Positions 19,342-29,265 of a DNA stretch of 64,000 nucleotides are shown one piece after another (position 1 is the stretch's first letter; every line of letters starts with the position of its first letter). Source of the stretch: Rhabdothermincola salaria (GTDB lineage: Bacteria; Actinomycetota; Acidimicrobiia; Acidimicrobiales; Acidimicrobilacustridaceae); NCBI RefSeq assembly GCF_021246445.1, contig NZ_JAJQXW010000005.1:124001-188000 (forward strand). The letters run 5' to 3'. A program made the translations under genes and the position numbers. The notes under the pieces were generated by a model. The model was not told the DNA's origin and did no database searches. It worked only from the letters and a program-made list of their open reading frames with translations.

Positions 19342-22300
19342 ATGCGCGTCCCCACCGACATGCCGAAAAGGCGCCGCCGTGGCTCAGGCCGCGGCCGCGT
19401 CGTCTTCATCGCCATCGTCCTCGTCCTGTTCGTCCTCGTGATCTCGTTGCGAGGCGTTGCTGGGTTCTGGACGGACTACCTGTGGTTCGAGTCGCTCGAC
19501 CTGACCTCGGTCTTCACGGGGATCCTCGGGGCCAAGATCGCGCTCGGTGTCATCTTCACCGGCGCCTTCTTCGTGTTGTGCTTCGTGAGCCTCACGGTGG
19601 CCGACAAGGTGGCACCGGACTTCCGGCCCCAGGGGCCCGAGGACGAGATGCTGCACCGCTACCACTCGGTGGTGGGCCGCAAGGCGTGGCTGGTGCGCGC
19701 CGGCATCTCACTGCTGTTCGGCCTGGTCGCCGGGGTGGGCGTGTCGGGCCAGTGGCAGCAGTGGCTGCTGTTCCGCAACGGTGGCGACTTCGGTGTCCGC
19801 GACGCCACGTTCGACACCGACGTCGGCTTCTACGTGTTCAAGCTGCCCTTCTACACGACGGTGGTCGACTGGCTGTTCGCCTCGGGCGTCGTCATCCTCA
19901 TCATCACCCTGGTGGCCCACTACCTCAACGGCGGGATCCGCCTGCAGGCTCCGGTGCAGCGGGTGACTCCGGCGGTGAAGGGCCACATCTCGGTGATCCT
20001 GGCCCTGTTGGCGCTGGTCAAGGCGGTCGACTACTGGCTCGAGCGCTACACGCTGACGAACTCCACGGGCGGCACCGTCGACGGGGCCACCTACACCGAG
20101 GTGCAGGCCCAGCTCCCGGCGATCTACCTGCTGTTGTTCATCGCCCTGCTCTCCACCGGGCTGTTCATCTACAACATCTGGCGGCGGGGTTGGGTGCTCC
20201 CCGTCATCGCCGTGGGGTTGTGGGGCCTGGTGGCGGTCGTGGCCGGCACCGCCTACCCGGCGTTCATCCAGCGCTTCGTGGTGGAGCCCGAGGAGTCCGA
20301 GCGCGAGTCCGCTTACATCGAGCAGAACATCGCTGCCACCCGCCAGGCCTTCGGCCTCGACGGGGTCAACACCGAACCGTTCGACTACACCGAGGACCTC
20401 GGGGCCGCCACCGAGGCGGTCAACGAGAACCCCGGCACCATCCGCAACATCCGCCTGCTCGACCCGGGCATCGTGCTGCCCACCTTCGTGCGGTTGCAGA
20501 GCCAGTTCGCGGCCTACACCTTCCAGGACCTCGACGTCGACCGCTATCCCATCGAGACGGCCGACGGCAGCTTCGCCGAGACCCAGGTCGTCATCGGCGC
20601 TCGCGACCTCAACGTCGACAACATCCCCCAGCAGTCGTGGGAGGGCCGTCACCTCATCTACACCAGCGGCTTCGGCGTGACCATGGCGCCGGCCAACGCC
20701 ACCACCCCCGAAGGCCGTCCGTCGTTCGTGCTCGAGAACGTGCCGGTGGAGGTGAACCCGCCGGGCGCCATCAACGTGCCGCTCGACCAGCCGCAGATGT
20801 TCTACGGCCAGAACCTGCCCGGCTACGCCATCACCAACACCACGCGTGAGGGTCCGCCCGAGCTCGAGGAGGAGATCGGCGAGGAGGCGGTCCCCCAGGA
20901 CGAGGACGCCGGCGGCGGGGTCGAGCTCAGCTCCTGGTTCCGCAAGGCCGCGTTCGCGGCCCGCTTCGGCGACTGGAACCTGATGATCTCCAACTTCGTC
21001 ACCGAGGAGTCGCGCATCGTCTTCCAGCGCGACGTCGCCGAGCGGGTGCGCACCCTGGCGCCGTTCCTCGAGTTCGACGGCGACCCCTACCCGGTGATCC
21101 ACGACGGACGGGTGGTGTACCTGTTCGACGCCTTCACCACCACCGACCGCTACCCCAACTCCCAGCGGGCCGAGGTGGGCACCCTGGTGGCCGACTCCAC
21201 CCTTTCGGGCACGCGCTTCAACTACGTGCGCAACTCCGTCAAGGGCGTCGTCGACACCTACGACGGCTCGGTCACGTTCTACGTGATCGACCCCGACGAC
21301 CCTCTCGCGGCCGCCTATCAGCAGGCCTTCCCCGACCTGTTCGCCGACGGCGACGAGTTCCCCCAGGGTCTGCGCGCCCACTGGCGCTACCCGGAGGACA
21401 TCTACAAGGTCCAGACCAACATGTGGGCCCGCTACCACATCACCGATCCGGACGAGTTCTACGAGCGCACCACCGCCTGGTCGGTGGCCCCCGACCCCGG
21501 GGTGAGCCCAGGTGGCCCGGCGTCGCAGCCCGCCACCCAGCTGGTGCCCGGCCAGGGCCTGGTGCGCGCCGCCGAGGCCCGCATCGACCCCTACTACATG
21601 CTGTTGAAGCTGCCCGGCGAGGACGACGAGAGCTTCGTGTCGTTGCGCCCCTACGTGCCGTTCTCCGAGGACGACACCCGGCGCACCCTCACCGCGTTCA
21701 TGGTCGCCCACAGCGACCCTGATCGCTACGGCGAGATGCAGGTGTACGAGATGCCCTCGGGCACCAACATCGACGGCCCGTCCATCGTCAACGCCAACAT
21801 CCTCGCCGACGGCGAAGTCTCCGAACGGATCTCGTTGCTCAACCAACAGGGCTCGCGGGTGCTGTTGGGCAACATGTTGTTGATCCCGCTCGACGACTCG
21901 ATCCTCTACGTCCGCCCGATGTACGTCGAAGCCGACAACACCACTGCGGTGCCCGAGCTGCGCAACGTCATCGCCGTGTTCGGCCAGCGGGTGGTGATGT
22001 CCGACACGCTCGACGAGGCGTTGCGCGAACTGTTCCCCGGCGCCAGCCCGGAGACCTTCGAGGACACGGGGGACCCACCCGGCTCCGACGAGGAGCCGGC
22101 GGAGCCCGCCCCCGAGGAACCCGACGATCCGGACACGCCGCCGACGACGGAGCCGCCGTCCACCGGCGACGAGACGGTCGACCAGTTGCTGGCCGATGCC
22201 GCCACCCTGCTGGTCGAGGCCGAGGCCGATCTGCGGGCCACCGGCGACCTGGGGGCCTACCAGGAAGCGGTGCAAGCGGCCTCGGAGCTGCTGGCGCAGG

Positions 22301-22380
22301 CCCAGCAGCTGCTGTCGGCCGACGCGCTGCCACCCCCGGAGCCGGTGACCACCACCACCAGACCACCCACCCCGACCTGA
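19342..22380 (+). CDS. UPF0182 family membrane protein
   Basis: 'FWTDYLWFESL', 'DVGFYVFKLP', 'DLDVDRY', 'FNYVRNSVK', 'HWRYPED'. Confidence 0.93.
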   Translation: MRVPTDMPKRRRRGSGRGRVVFIAIVLVLFVLVISLRGVAGFWTDYLWFESLDLTSVFTGILGAKIALGVIFTGAFFVLCFVSLTVADKVAPDFRPQGPEDEMLHRYHSVVGRKAWLVRAGISLLFGLVAGVGVSGQWQQWLLFRNGGDFGVRDATFDTDVGFYVFKLPFYTTVVDWLFASGVVILIITLVAHYLNGGIRLQAPVQRVTPAVKGHISVILALLALVKAVDYWLERYTLTNSTGGTVDGATYTEVQAQLPAIYLLLFIALLSTGLFIYNIWRRGWVLPVIAVGLWGLVAVVAGTAYPAFIQRFVVEPEESERESAYIEQNIAATRQAFGLDGVNTEPFDYTEDLGAATEAVNENPGTIRNIRLLDPGIVLPTFVRLQSQFAAYTFQDLDVDRYPIETADGSFAETQVVIGARDLNVDNIPQQSWEGRHLIYTSGFGVTMAPANATTPEGRPSFVLENVPVEVNPPGAINVPLDQPQMFYGQNLPGYAITNTTREGPPELEEEIGEEAVPQDEDAGGGVELSSWFRKAAFAARFGDWNLMISNFVTEESRIVFQRDVAERVRTLAPFLEFDGDPYPVIHDGRVVYLFDAFTTTDRYPNSQRAEVGTLVADSTLSGTRFNYVRNSVKGVVDTYDGSVTFYVIDPDDPLAAAYQQAFPDLFADGDEFPQGLRAHWRYPEDIYKVQTNMWARYHITDPDEFYERTTAWSVAPDPGVSPGGPASQPATQLVPGQGLVRAAEARIDPYYMLLKLPGEDDESFVSLRPYVPFSEDDTRRTLTAFMVAHSDPDRYGEMQVYEMPSGTNIDGPSIVNANILADGEVSERISLLNQQGSRVLLGNMLLIPLDDSILYVRPMYVEADNTTAVPELRNVIAVFGQRVVMSDTLDEALRELFPGASPETFEDTGDPPGSDEEPAEPAPEEPDDPDTPPTTEPPSTGDETVDQLLADAATLLVEAEADLRATGDLGAYQEAVQAASELLAQAQQLLSADALPPPEPVTTTTRPPTPT

Positions 22381-22521
22381 CGCCGGCCGCGCTGGTGCGC
22401 GGCGCCAGGTGGTCGGGATCGGCGCGAGCAGTGGCTTCCCGGTCGCGCCCTGGTGGAGGGGCTAACCTCTCGACGTCCCACGGGTGCCCGTGGGCGGGAA
22501 CGACACATGGAGCACGTGCGA

Positions 22522-23079
22522 ATGAACAAGACCCTGGGACGACTGGGTGTCGCCGCGGCGGCCACGGCCATGGTGGTGGGCCTCTCGGGGCTGCCCGCCG
22601 GGGCCGGCGACATCTCGGGCAACATCATGGTGACCGGTGAGGCCACCTGCGACACGGCCACCGGCACGTGGGACATCGAGTGGACCGTGTCGAACGACGA
22701 GCGGATTCCCCAGCTGACGTCCACGCCGTCCGGCATCGACTTCCCCTTCCTCACCGCCACCATCGACGACGCGGTGATGTCCGGCGCCGCCACCGGCACG
22801 GTCGCCGACCTGATCGGCGACTCGGTCGGCCCGCAGGAGTCCACCAGCGCCACGGTCACCGGCATCGCCAACGCCACCGGCGACGTGATGCTCACGGTCG
22901 ACTACAGCTGGGGCGAGGGCGAGCAGACCTACTCCGGCGTCGCCGTCGGCGATGTCACCCTCGACGGCTCCTGCACGCCGCCGCCCACCACGTCGGCGCC
23001 GAGCACGACCGTGGAGCCGACCACCACGACGGCGGTGGCGGCCGATGCGGTGGCGGCCCGCCCGACCTTCACCGGCTGA
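22522..23079 (+). CDS. Secreted Ig-like protein with Thr-rich stalk and C-terminal AARPTFTG (paralogue 1)
   Basis: Signal peptide, two Cys (TGEATC...LDGSC), Thr/Pro linker, ends PTFTG-stop. Confidence 0.75.
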   Translation: MNKTLGRLGVAAAATAMVVGLSGLPAGAGDISGNIMVTGEATCDTATGTWDIEWTVSNDERIPQLTSTPSGIDFPFLTATIDDAVMSGAATGTVADLIGDSVGPQESTSATVTGIANATGDVMLTVDYSWGEGEQTYSGVAVGDVTLDGSCTPPPTTSAPSTTVEPTTTTAVAADAVAARPTFTG

Positions 23080-23100
23080 TCGGTCGCGGTCGCTGTCGGT

Positions 23101-23134
23101 GCGAGAGAGGGGCCCTGCGGGGCTCCTCTCTCGC
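23101..23134 (+). terminator. Hairpin terminator after paralogue 1
   Basis: GCGAGAGAGGGGCCC-TGCG-GGGCTCCTCTCTCGC stem. Confidence 0.65.
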
Positions 23135-23260
23135 GTCCGGCACCGCGCCGCTGGTCGTCTCGGGGCCTGCGGCGACCCTCGACACGGGTGAGGTGGGCGC
23201 GTTAGCGTCCGGGCGTGCTTCCCGACGGGGGGAGGGCAGACGAATCAGGAGAGTTGGCCC

Positions 23261-23809
23261 ATGAAGTTGTCCTCACGAGTCGGCGTGGCCGGCGCGGCCG
23301 TTGCCATGGTGGCCGGGCTCACCGCGCTGCCGGCCTCTGCGGGAATCCCGCAGGTCGACGTCACGGTCACGGGTGAGGCCACCTGCAACCTGGCCACCGG
23401 CCACGAGACGTGGACGCTCGCGTGGACGGTGTCGAACACGACGCCCGTGCTGGAGCCGTTTGCGCTCAACAGCCCAGCCGGCGGCATCGGCACGGCGATC
23501 GACATCACCTCGGCCGACCAGTCCGGCGCCTGGACCGGTTCCGTCGACACCCTCGTGGGCGAGACGGTCCTCCCCGGCGACTCGGTCATGGGCACCGACG
23601 GGCCGGTCCCCAACACCACCGGCACGGTGACGCTCACCGTTGGCTACGACTTCTACAACGGCGATGCCAGCGGTGAGGCCGTGGGGACCATCGAGCTCGA
23701 CGGGTCGTGCGAGGCCGAGCCCACCACCACCACGACGACCGTGGAGTCGACCACCACCACGGCGGTGGCGGCCGATGCGGTGGCCGCCCGCCCCACCTTC
23801 ACCGGCTGA
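23261..23809 (+). CDS. Secreted Ig-like protein with Thr-rich stalk and C-terminal AARPTFTG (paralogue 2)
   Basis: AGGAG RBS, signal peptide, same Cys pair and identical C-terminal TTTAVAADAVAARPTFTG. Confidence 0.78.
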   Translation: MKLSSRVGVAGAAVAMVAGLTALPASAGIPQVDVTVTGEATCNLATGHETWTLAWTVSNTTPVLEPFALNSPAGGIGTAIDITSADQSGAWTGSVDTLVGETVLPGDSVMGTDGPVPNTTGTVTLTVGYDFYNGDASGEAVGTIELDGSCEAEPTTTTTTVESTTTTAVAADAVAARPTFTG

Positions 23810-23832
23810 TCGACGGTCGAGACCGGTTCGTG

Positions 23833-23858
23833 GAGAGGGGCCCTGCGGGGCCCCTCTC
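23833..23858 (+). terminator. Hairpin terminator after paralogue 2 (copy of the previous one)
   Basis: GAGAGGGGCCC-TGCG-GGGCCCCTCTC. Confidence 0.65.
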
Positions 23859-23872
23859 TCGCGTCCGGGCCT

Positions 23873-24685
23873 TCAGGCCCTGGCCGGTGCGGGCGGTGCG
23901 CCCGGCAGGAACGGGTTGATGTCGCCGGCCAGCCAGCCGCCGTCGACGACGAACTCACCGCCCGTGCAGTAGCTGGCCTCGTCGGAGGCGAGGAACAGCA
24001 CCATGGCTGCGATCTCCTCGGGCATGGCCGAGCGTTGCAGGGCGAGCTGGGAGTGGGCGGCGTCGAGCATCTTCTTGCTGATGTCGCCATTCATGGGGGT
24101 GAAGACGCCGCCGGGGTGCACGGAGTTGACCCGGATGCGGTGTTGGCCGAGCTCGAGGGCGGCGGTCTTGGTCATCGAGCGGATGGCGCCCTTGGAGCTG
24201 GAGTAGGCGACGAGGGAGTTCTTGGAGCCGATGCCGTCGATCGACGAGATGTTGACGATGGAGCCCCCGCCGGACCGGGTCATGGGCTCGATGGCCGAGC
24301 GCATCCCCAGGAAGGTGCCGACCTGGTTGACCATGATGACCTGGAGGTACTCCTCCAGGGTGGTGTCGGCGATGCTCGTGAAGCGCAGGATGGCGGCGTT
24401 GTTGACCAGCACCGACAGCGGGCCGACCTCCTCGGTGGCGGCGATCGCCGCGGCCCAGTCGTCCTCCTGGGACACGTCGAGGTGCACGTAGCGGGCCCGC
24501 TCGCCGATGTCGGCGGCCACGGCCTCGCCCTCGGCGTCGAGCACGTCGGCGAGCACCACCTGGGCGCCCTCGGCCGCGAAGAGGCGGGCCTCGGCCTCGC
24601 CCTGCCCCCGGGCGGCGCCGGTGATGAGCGCCACCTTGCCGTCGAGTCGGCCGGGTCGGTGGGTGGGGGAGTCGGTGCTGGTCAT
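23873..24685 (-). CDS. Short-chain dehydrogenase/reductase (hydroxysteroid dehydrogenase-like)
   Basis: TGAARGQG, NNAA, YSSSK, 'IRVNSVHPG'. Confidence 0.92.
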   Translation of the reverse strand: MTSTDSPTHRPGRLDGKVALITGAARGQGEAEARLFAAEGAQVVLADVLDAEGEAVAADIGERARYVHLDVSQEDDWAAAIAATEEVGPLSVLVNNAAILRFTSIADTTLEEYLQVIMVNQVGTFLGMRSAIEPMTRSGGGSIVNISSIDGIGSKNSLVAYSSSKGAIRSMTKTAALELGQHRIRVNSVHPGGVFTPMNGDISKKMLDAAHSQLALQRSAMPEEIAAMVLFLASDEASYCTGGEFVVDGGWLAGDINPFLPGAPPAPARA

Positions 24686-24736
24686 GGGGTCCTCTCGGGA
24701 GGGTCGTGGTGAGCGCGGGTGCCGGGCTCGCTCGCG

Positions 24737-26104
24737 CTAGGCGTCGAGCTCGGACCAGGTCCGCTCGGGGTAGAGCGAGACGGCGGGCTCGTGGAGCCAC
24801 TCGTCGCGCAGGGCGCGGCGGGTGAGGTAGGTGATGACGGCGTCGTCGTCGAACGTGCCGGTGCGGATGAGGTCGTCGAGGGCCTGCAGCCCCTCGGCTT
24901 TGGTGGCGGGCCGGGCGCCGAGGAGCGGCGCCATCTCGTCGCACTCGACGGCGTCGATGATCGCCCCGTAGCGGCGGCGCCGGTCCATGAGGCGGATGAG
25001 GCGGGTGGCGTCGGTGGCGCGTGACGCAGCGAAGGCGTCGGTGAGCTTGGGGGCCACGTCGCGCTCGATGGAGTACACGGCGGCGGCGGCGACGATGTCC
25101 TTGGCGCCCTCGGCGGCGGGCATCTCCGGCACCTCGACGGCGACGCCCGCCGCCTCGGCGAGCGCCTGGCAGGTGGCCCGATCGCCCAGGTAGCGGTAGC
25201 AGAGGTACCAGGCCAGCGACTCCCGAGGGTGGGCATTCTCGGTGACCGCGTGGATCGGGATCATGCCGCGCACGTTCTGTTGCACCCGGTAGTACTGGGC
25301 CGCGAAGCGGGTGTAGGGGATGCCGGACTCCTGCTCGTAGAGGTGGAAGAGCCCGTCCAGCCCGCCGGAGGGGTTCCAGAACTCGCGCACGCAGATGTTG
25401 CCGATGTCCTCGAGGGGGTCGCCGTAGTGGGCCCACTCGAGGTCGATGATGGCGCTCACCCGGTCGCCGTCGAACATGAAGTTCACCGGGCCGGTGTCGC
25501 CCTGCACCAGCGAGAGGCGGTGCAGCTCGGTGGGGGCGTTCCGTCGCAGCCAGCTCACCCCGTAGGTGATGAGCGGCTCGGTGTAGTGCTCGAGGAAGCC
25601 CTGCCACTGCTCGAGGGCCAGGTCCACGTCGTTGAGGGCGGCCTCGGCGGGGGTGGTGGGCAGGTAGGGCATGGCATCGGCCAGGCCGAGCTCGTCGAGG
25701 TCGAGGGTGTGCATGCGGGCGATGACCCGGATGAAGTCCTCCATGACCGCTCGTTGCTGGACGGGGTCGTCGAGGGCGTCGATGTCGGAGCGGCCCCGGA
25801 CCCGTTCGAACAGGGTGCAGCGCAGTTCGTCGTTGCGGCCGTACACGGCCGGCACCGGGATGTCGGTGTCAGCCAGGGCCTGGATGACCTTGGTCTCTCG
25901 CACGAGCGACGTGGAGGAGTTGGCCGGCACCTCGTGGCGGTCGAGGCGCAGGAACCCCTCGAGCACCGAGCCGTCGGGCCGGGTCACGTCGACCACCCAC
26001 GCCTCGCGCCGGGCCACGTGGCGTTCGAGACGGGTGATCTCCCCGCCGCCTGTCTGCGCGATCCACTCGAACATCCCGTCCGGCAGATCGTGATCTGGTG
26101 CCAT
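24737..26104 (-). CDS. APH/ACAD10-like phosphotransferase family protein
   Basis: 'DIPVPAV', 'LVQGDTGPVNFMF', 'IIDLEWAHYGDPLED'. Confidence 0.85.
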   Translation of the reverse strand: MAPDHDLPDGMFEWIAQTGGGEITRLERHVARREAWVVDVTRPDGSVLEGFLRLDRHEVPANSSTSLVRETKVIQALADTDIPVPAVYGRNDELRCTLFERVRGRSDIDALDDPVQQRAVMEDFIRVIARMHTLDLDELGLADAMPYLPTTPAEAALNDVDLALEQWQGFLEHYTEPLITYGVSWLRRNAPTELHRLSLVQGDTGPVNFMFDGDRVSAIIDLEWAHYGDPLEDIGNICVREFWNPSGGLDGLFHLYEQESGIPYTRFAAQYYRVQQNVRGMIPIHAVTENAHPRESLAWYLCYRYLGDRATCQALAEAAGVAVEVPEMPAAEGAKDIVAAAAVYSIERDVAPKLTDAFAASRATDATRLIRLMDRRRRYGAIIDAVECDEMAPLLGARPATKAEGLQALDDLIRTGTFDDDAVITYLTRRALRDEWLHEPAVSLYPERTWSELDA

Positions 26105-26251
26105 TGGTCCTCCCCCGGGCGGCGATCGTAGTCAGCGCCCGGGTGGTGGGAGCGCTCGGGGTGGGATTCCGGAGACGTCGGCGCCCGGGGGAGGGGCCGC
26201 GCCGACGGGACGGCACCGGCTCACGGTGGTTCCCCGGGACGTGCCCGGTGT

Positions 26252-27241
26252 TCAGCACGGCTCAGGGAACCGCAGCACGAGCTTGCCCACCGCCTCGCCG
26301 GCGTCCACCGTCTCGAGCGCGTCGGGCAGATCGTCGAAGGCCACCGCGGTGGTGGCGTCGCGGAGGCGGCCATCGGCGCGGAGAGCAAGGAGCGCCTCGT
26401 GGTCGGCCTCGTTCTCGGCCCGGGGGAGCCCGCCGGCGAACACGCCGACGAGCGAGACGTTGCGACGAACCAGCTCGGCGGTGTCGGGCCGCACCCAGGC
26501 GCCGCTGGCGAAGCCGACGGCGAGGAGCCGGCCTCCAGGGGCGAGGCCGCGCACGGTGGCGTCGGCCGCGGGCCCGCCGACCGGGTCGTAGACCACGTCG
26601 ACGCCGGCGCCACCGGTGGTGTCGAGCGCCGCGGCGGGCACGTCGTGGGTGGTGCGGTCGATGACGGTGTGGGCGCCCAGACGGCGACAGAGTTCGGCCT
26701 TCTCCGGGCCGGAGACCACCGCGAGCACCTCGGCGCCGAGCGCCCGGCCCAGAGAGACGGCGGCGGCGCCGGACCCGCCGGCGGCACCGAGCACGAGCAG
26801 CCGCTCGCCAGGCTCGAGGTGGCCGCGACGGACGAGGCCGATCCAGGCGGTGGAGTAGCCGATGCGGAAGGCGGCGGCTTCCGCGTCGCCCATGTCGTCG
26901 GGCACCCGGTAGGCGGTGTCGGCCCGGGCGATGGTGGCTTCGGCGAAGCCGCCTCGACCGTCGTAGAAGTTGGTGACCACCATCAGGCGACTGCCGACCA
27001 GGGCGGGATCGACCCCCTCGCCCACCGCGTCGACCGTGCCGCAGACCTCCTGGCCGGCGACGAAGGGCAGCTCGGGTCGGAAGGCGTAGGTGCCGTGGCA
27101 CAGGAAGGCGTCGGGCCGTCCGATGGCCGCGGCGTGCACCCGCAGGCGGAGCTCACCGGCCCCGGGAGTGGGCTCGTCGACGTCGGTGAGACGGAGGGCC
27201 TCACGAGGGGCGGCGTTGCGGTGGACCTGCCAGGCACGCAT
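26252..27241 (-). CDS. NADPH:quinone oxidoreductase (MDR family)
   Basis: 'LPFVAGQEVCG', 'GGFAE', 'LVLGAAGGSG', 'VDVVYDPVGG', 'GKLVL'. Confidence 0.9.
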   Translation of the reverse strand: MRAWQVHRNAAPREALRLTDVDEPTPGAGELRLRVHAAAIGRPDAFLCHGTYAFRPELPFVAGQEVCGTVDAVGEGVDPALVGSRLMVVTNFYDGRGGFAEATIARADTAYRVPDDMGDAEAAAFRIGYSTAWIGLVRRGHLEPGERLLVLGAAGGSGAAAVSLGRALGAEVLAVVSGPEKAELCRRLGAHTVIDRTTHDVPAAALDTTGGAGVDVVYDPVGGPAADATVRGLAPGGRLLAVGFASGAWVRPDTAELVRRNVSLVGVFAGGLPRAENEADHEALLALRADGRLRDATTAVAFDDLPDALETVDAGEAVGKLVLRFPEPC

Positions 27242-27347
27242 GCGGACGGACGCTACCGGGGTCGCCGGTCGTGAGGTCGGGTGACGGCTGGGTCGGCGCT
27301 GTCGGGTTGGCGATCGTTCGGCGTCCCCGGTAGATTCATCCGCACGC

Positions 27348-27426
<79 letters not shown>

Positions 27427-27439
27427 GAAACAGCAGGTC

Positions 27440-27465
27440 AGGGCCCATCCGAGAGGATGGGCCCT
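27440..27465 (+). terminator. Island-supplied hairpin downstream of tRNA
   Basis: AGGGCCCATCC-GAGA-GGATGGGCCCT perfect 11-bp stem. Confidence 0.7.
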
Positions 27466-27482
27466 CGCCGTTTCCGGACCGA

Positions 27483-27503
27483 CTTCTAACGGATCTTCTA
27501 ACG
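27483..27503. repeat. Putative integrase arm-type sites (left)
   Basis: CTTCTAACG-GAT-CTTCTAACG, identical to 44012-44032. Confidence 0.75.
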
Positions 27504-27657
27504 GGTTGCGGCTCTCAACGGGTTCCCTGCAGCCAGGACACGAACCCAAGGCCCGTGCCCGTGTCCGTCGATCGGGGGTCAGGATCCGTCCAACGCCCTC
27601 CGCGGTCGATCAAACTCGCATCGGCGATGATCGAGCCGATGGCGGAAGGCGACTGGC

Positions 27658-29265
27658 GTGCGCATCAGCAGGCTGACGGTTTGCAATCACTTGGCGGTAC
27701 CTGAGATTGACATCGAGGTGCGAGAGCACCTCGTGCTCGTAGGTCCCAACGAGTCTGGCAAGACCTCATTGTTGAGGCTTCTGGATGGGATGCTGTGCGG
27801 GTCCCTTGGCAGGCTCTACGGCCTCATTGACGTCGGGGACCTACGAGACCCGAGCCGACCGATGACCTGCGAGATTGAGTTCAGGGACTTCACTGAGGAC
27901 GAGAAGGCATCCTTGCCGGAGCAGATCGAGGTGCTCCCCGACAGCGCTCAGAGATTGCGCCTACTGCTGCGTGCAACTCCGGATCCCGCTGGTGACGAAG
28001 TCGCCCTGGAAAGGGTGTTCATCAAGCCGGGTCTTGCGATTGCCGCTACTGCAGCGCACCTCGAATGCGTCGGTTGGACGCTCCTGCCTGCTGGAAGATC
28101 CCCCGATCGGGAGCTGGGGGCAGGGCGACGTAGCGCCATTGGTGGACTTCTCGGCTCCGTGGACCTCGGAGCTTCGCTCTCAGAGATCGTGTCGGCGGTC
28201 GAGAACCTCCACGGCGTGGTCCATGACGCGCCTGCCTTGGTGAAACTCAGGGAGAGCCTGGCTTCCGCGCTCGGTGAACTGCTTCCGAGGGGTGTTGAGG
28301 CCGACGATCTCGTGCTCGAGCTTCCTCGCGCCGATGCCCACGCCCCACTCGCCGATGTCGACGTGAAGCTGAAGCACGGGACAGCGCCTCGTCCGCTCCG
28401 AGACCAATCGGACGGTGTCCGTGCCATGTCGACTGTCGCCATTCAACTTCTCGCAAGGGGTGGGGCCCGGATCATCGCTGTGGACGAACCTGAGATTCAT
28501 CTTCATCCACGCGCTCAGGCGCGAACAGGGTCGATGCTCCGCGACAAGGCCGGGCAGGCGGTCATTGCTACCCACGCTCCTGCTGTACTCACGCAGTTCT
28601 CCCCCATGCACGCTGTCGCGTTCGTTGGTGGCGCATGCCGGCAGCTCTCCGTCGAGCCGTTCCACGACGAACCGAAGGCGGCAGACCAGTGGTGGACGAC
28701 GCCGACGCTTGAGCCGCTCACCAGCCGGTGTGTGGTGCTCGTTGAAGGAGTCGCCGACCGAGTGATGGTCGAGGCATGCGCTATTGCACTTGGGTTCGAC
28801 TTCGATCGACTCGGCATTGTCGTTGCGGCCGTAAACGGCGCTGGCGGGTTCAAGATGGCCCTCCGGTTGTTCGGAGCCCAGGGCTTTGGCGTTCCGCTCG
28901 TCGGCCTGGTGGACCTGAGTGAAGCCGATGATGTGGCCAAGTACCTGGGAATCAATCGCTCGGAGGTGCCTGGAGCGGGATTCCTGATCTGCGACCCGGA
29001 CCTCGAGATGGAGTGCGTCCGGGGGTTGGGAGCGGAAGCCCACGCCAGACGCCTGATCGCGACGGGATTCTTCAAGGAGTCGGCTATCTGCGCTGGCAAC
29101 AGCGTGGCTGGTCTTGCCTCCCTCCAGAACGAGCCCTACGCCGCCTGGTGTCGCACTCGCAAGACCGAGGTCGCAGCGGCGCTAGCGTCCGAACTGACCA
29201 AGTCCGATGCATCGAGCCTTGAGGTCCTCGCCGCTGTCGTGGCCGATGCTGTGGCCAGGGTTTGA
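27658..29265 (+). CDS. OLD-family ATP-dependent nuclease (ABC ATPase + TOPRIM), GajA-like
   Basis: Walker A GPNESGKTS, 'QSDG' signature, Walker B 'AVDEPEIHLHP', 'ATHAP', TOPRIM 'VLVEGVAD'. Confidence 0.85.
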   Translation: MRISRLTVCNHLAVPEIDIEVREHLVLVGPNESGKTSLLRLLDGMLCGSLGRLYGLIDVGDLRDPSRPMTCEIEFRDFTEDEKASLPEQIEVLPDSAQRLRLLLRATPDPAGDEVALERVFIKPGLAIAATAAHLECVGWTLLPAGRSPDRELGAGRRSAIGGLLGSVDLGASLSEIVSAVENLHGVVHDAPALVKLRESLASALGELLPRGVEADDLVLELPRADAHAPLADVDVKLKHGTAPRPLRDQSDGVRAMSTVAIQLLARGGARIIAVDEPEIHLHPRAQARTGSMLRDKAGQAVIATHAPAVLTQFSPMHAVAFVGGACRQLSVEPFHDEPKAADQWWTTPTLEPLTSRCVVLVEGVADRVMVEACAIALGFDFDRLGIVVAAVNGAGGFKMALRLFGAQGFGVPLVGLVDLSEADDVAKYLGINRSEVPGAGFLICDPDLEMECVRGLGAEAHARRLIATGFFKESAICAGNSVAGLASLQNEPYAAWCRTRKTEVAAALASELTKSDASSLEVLAAVVADAVARV

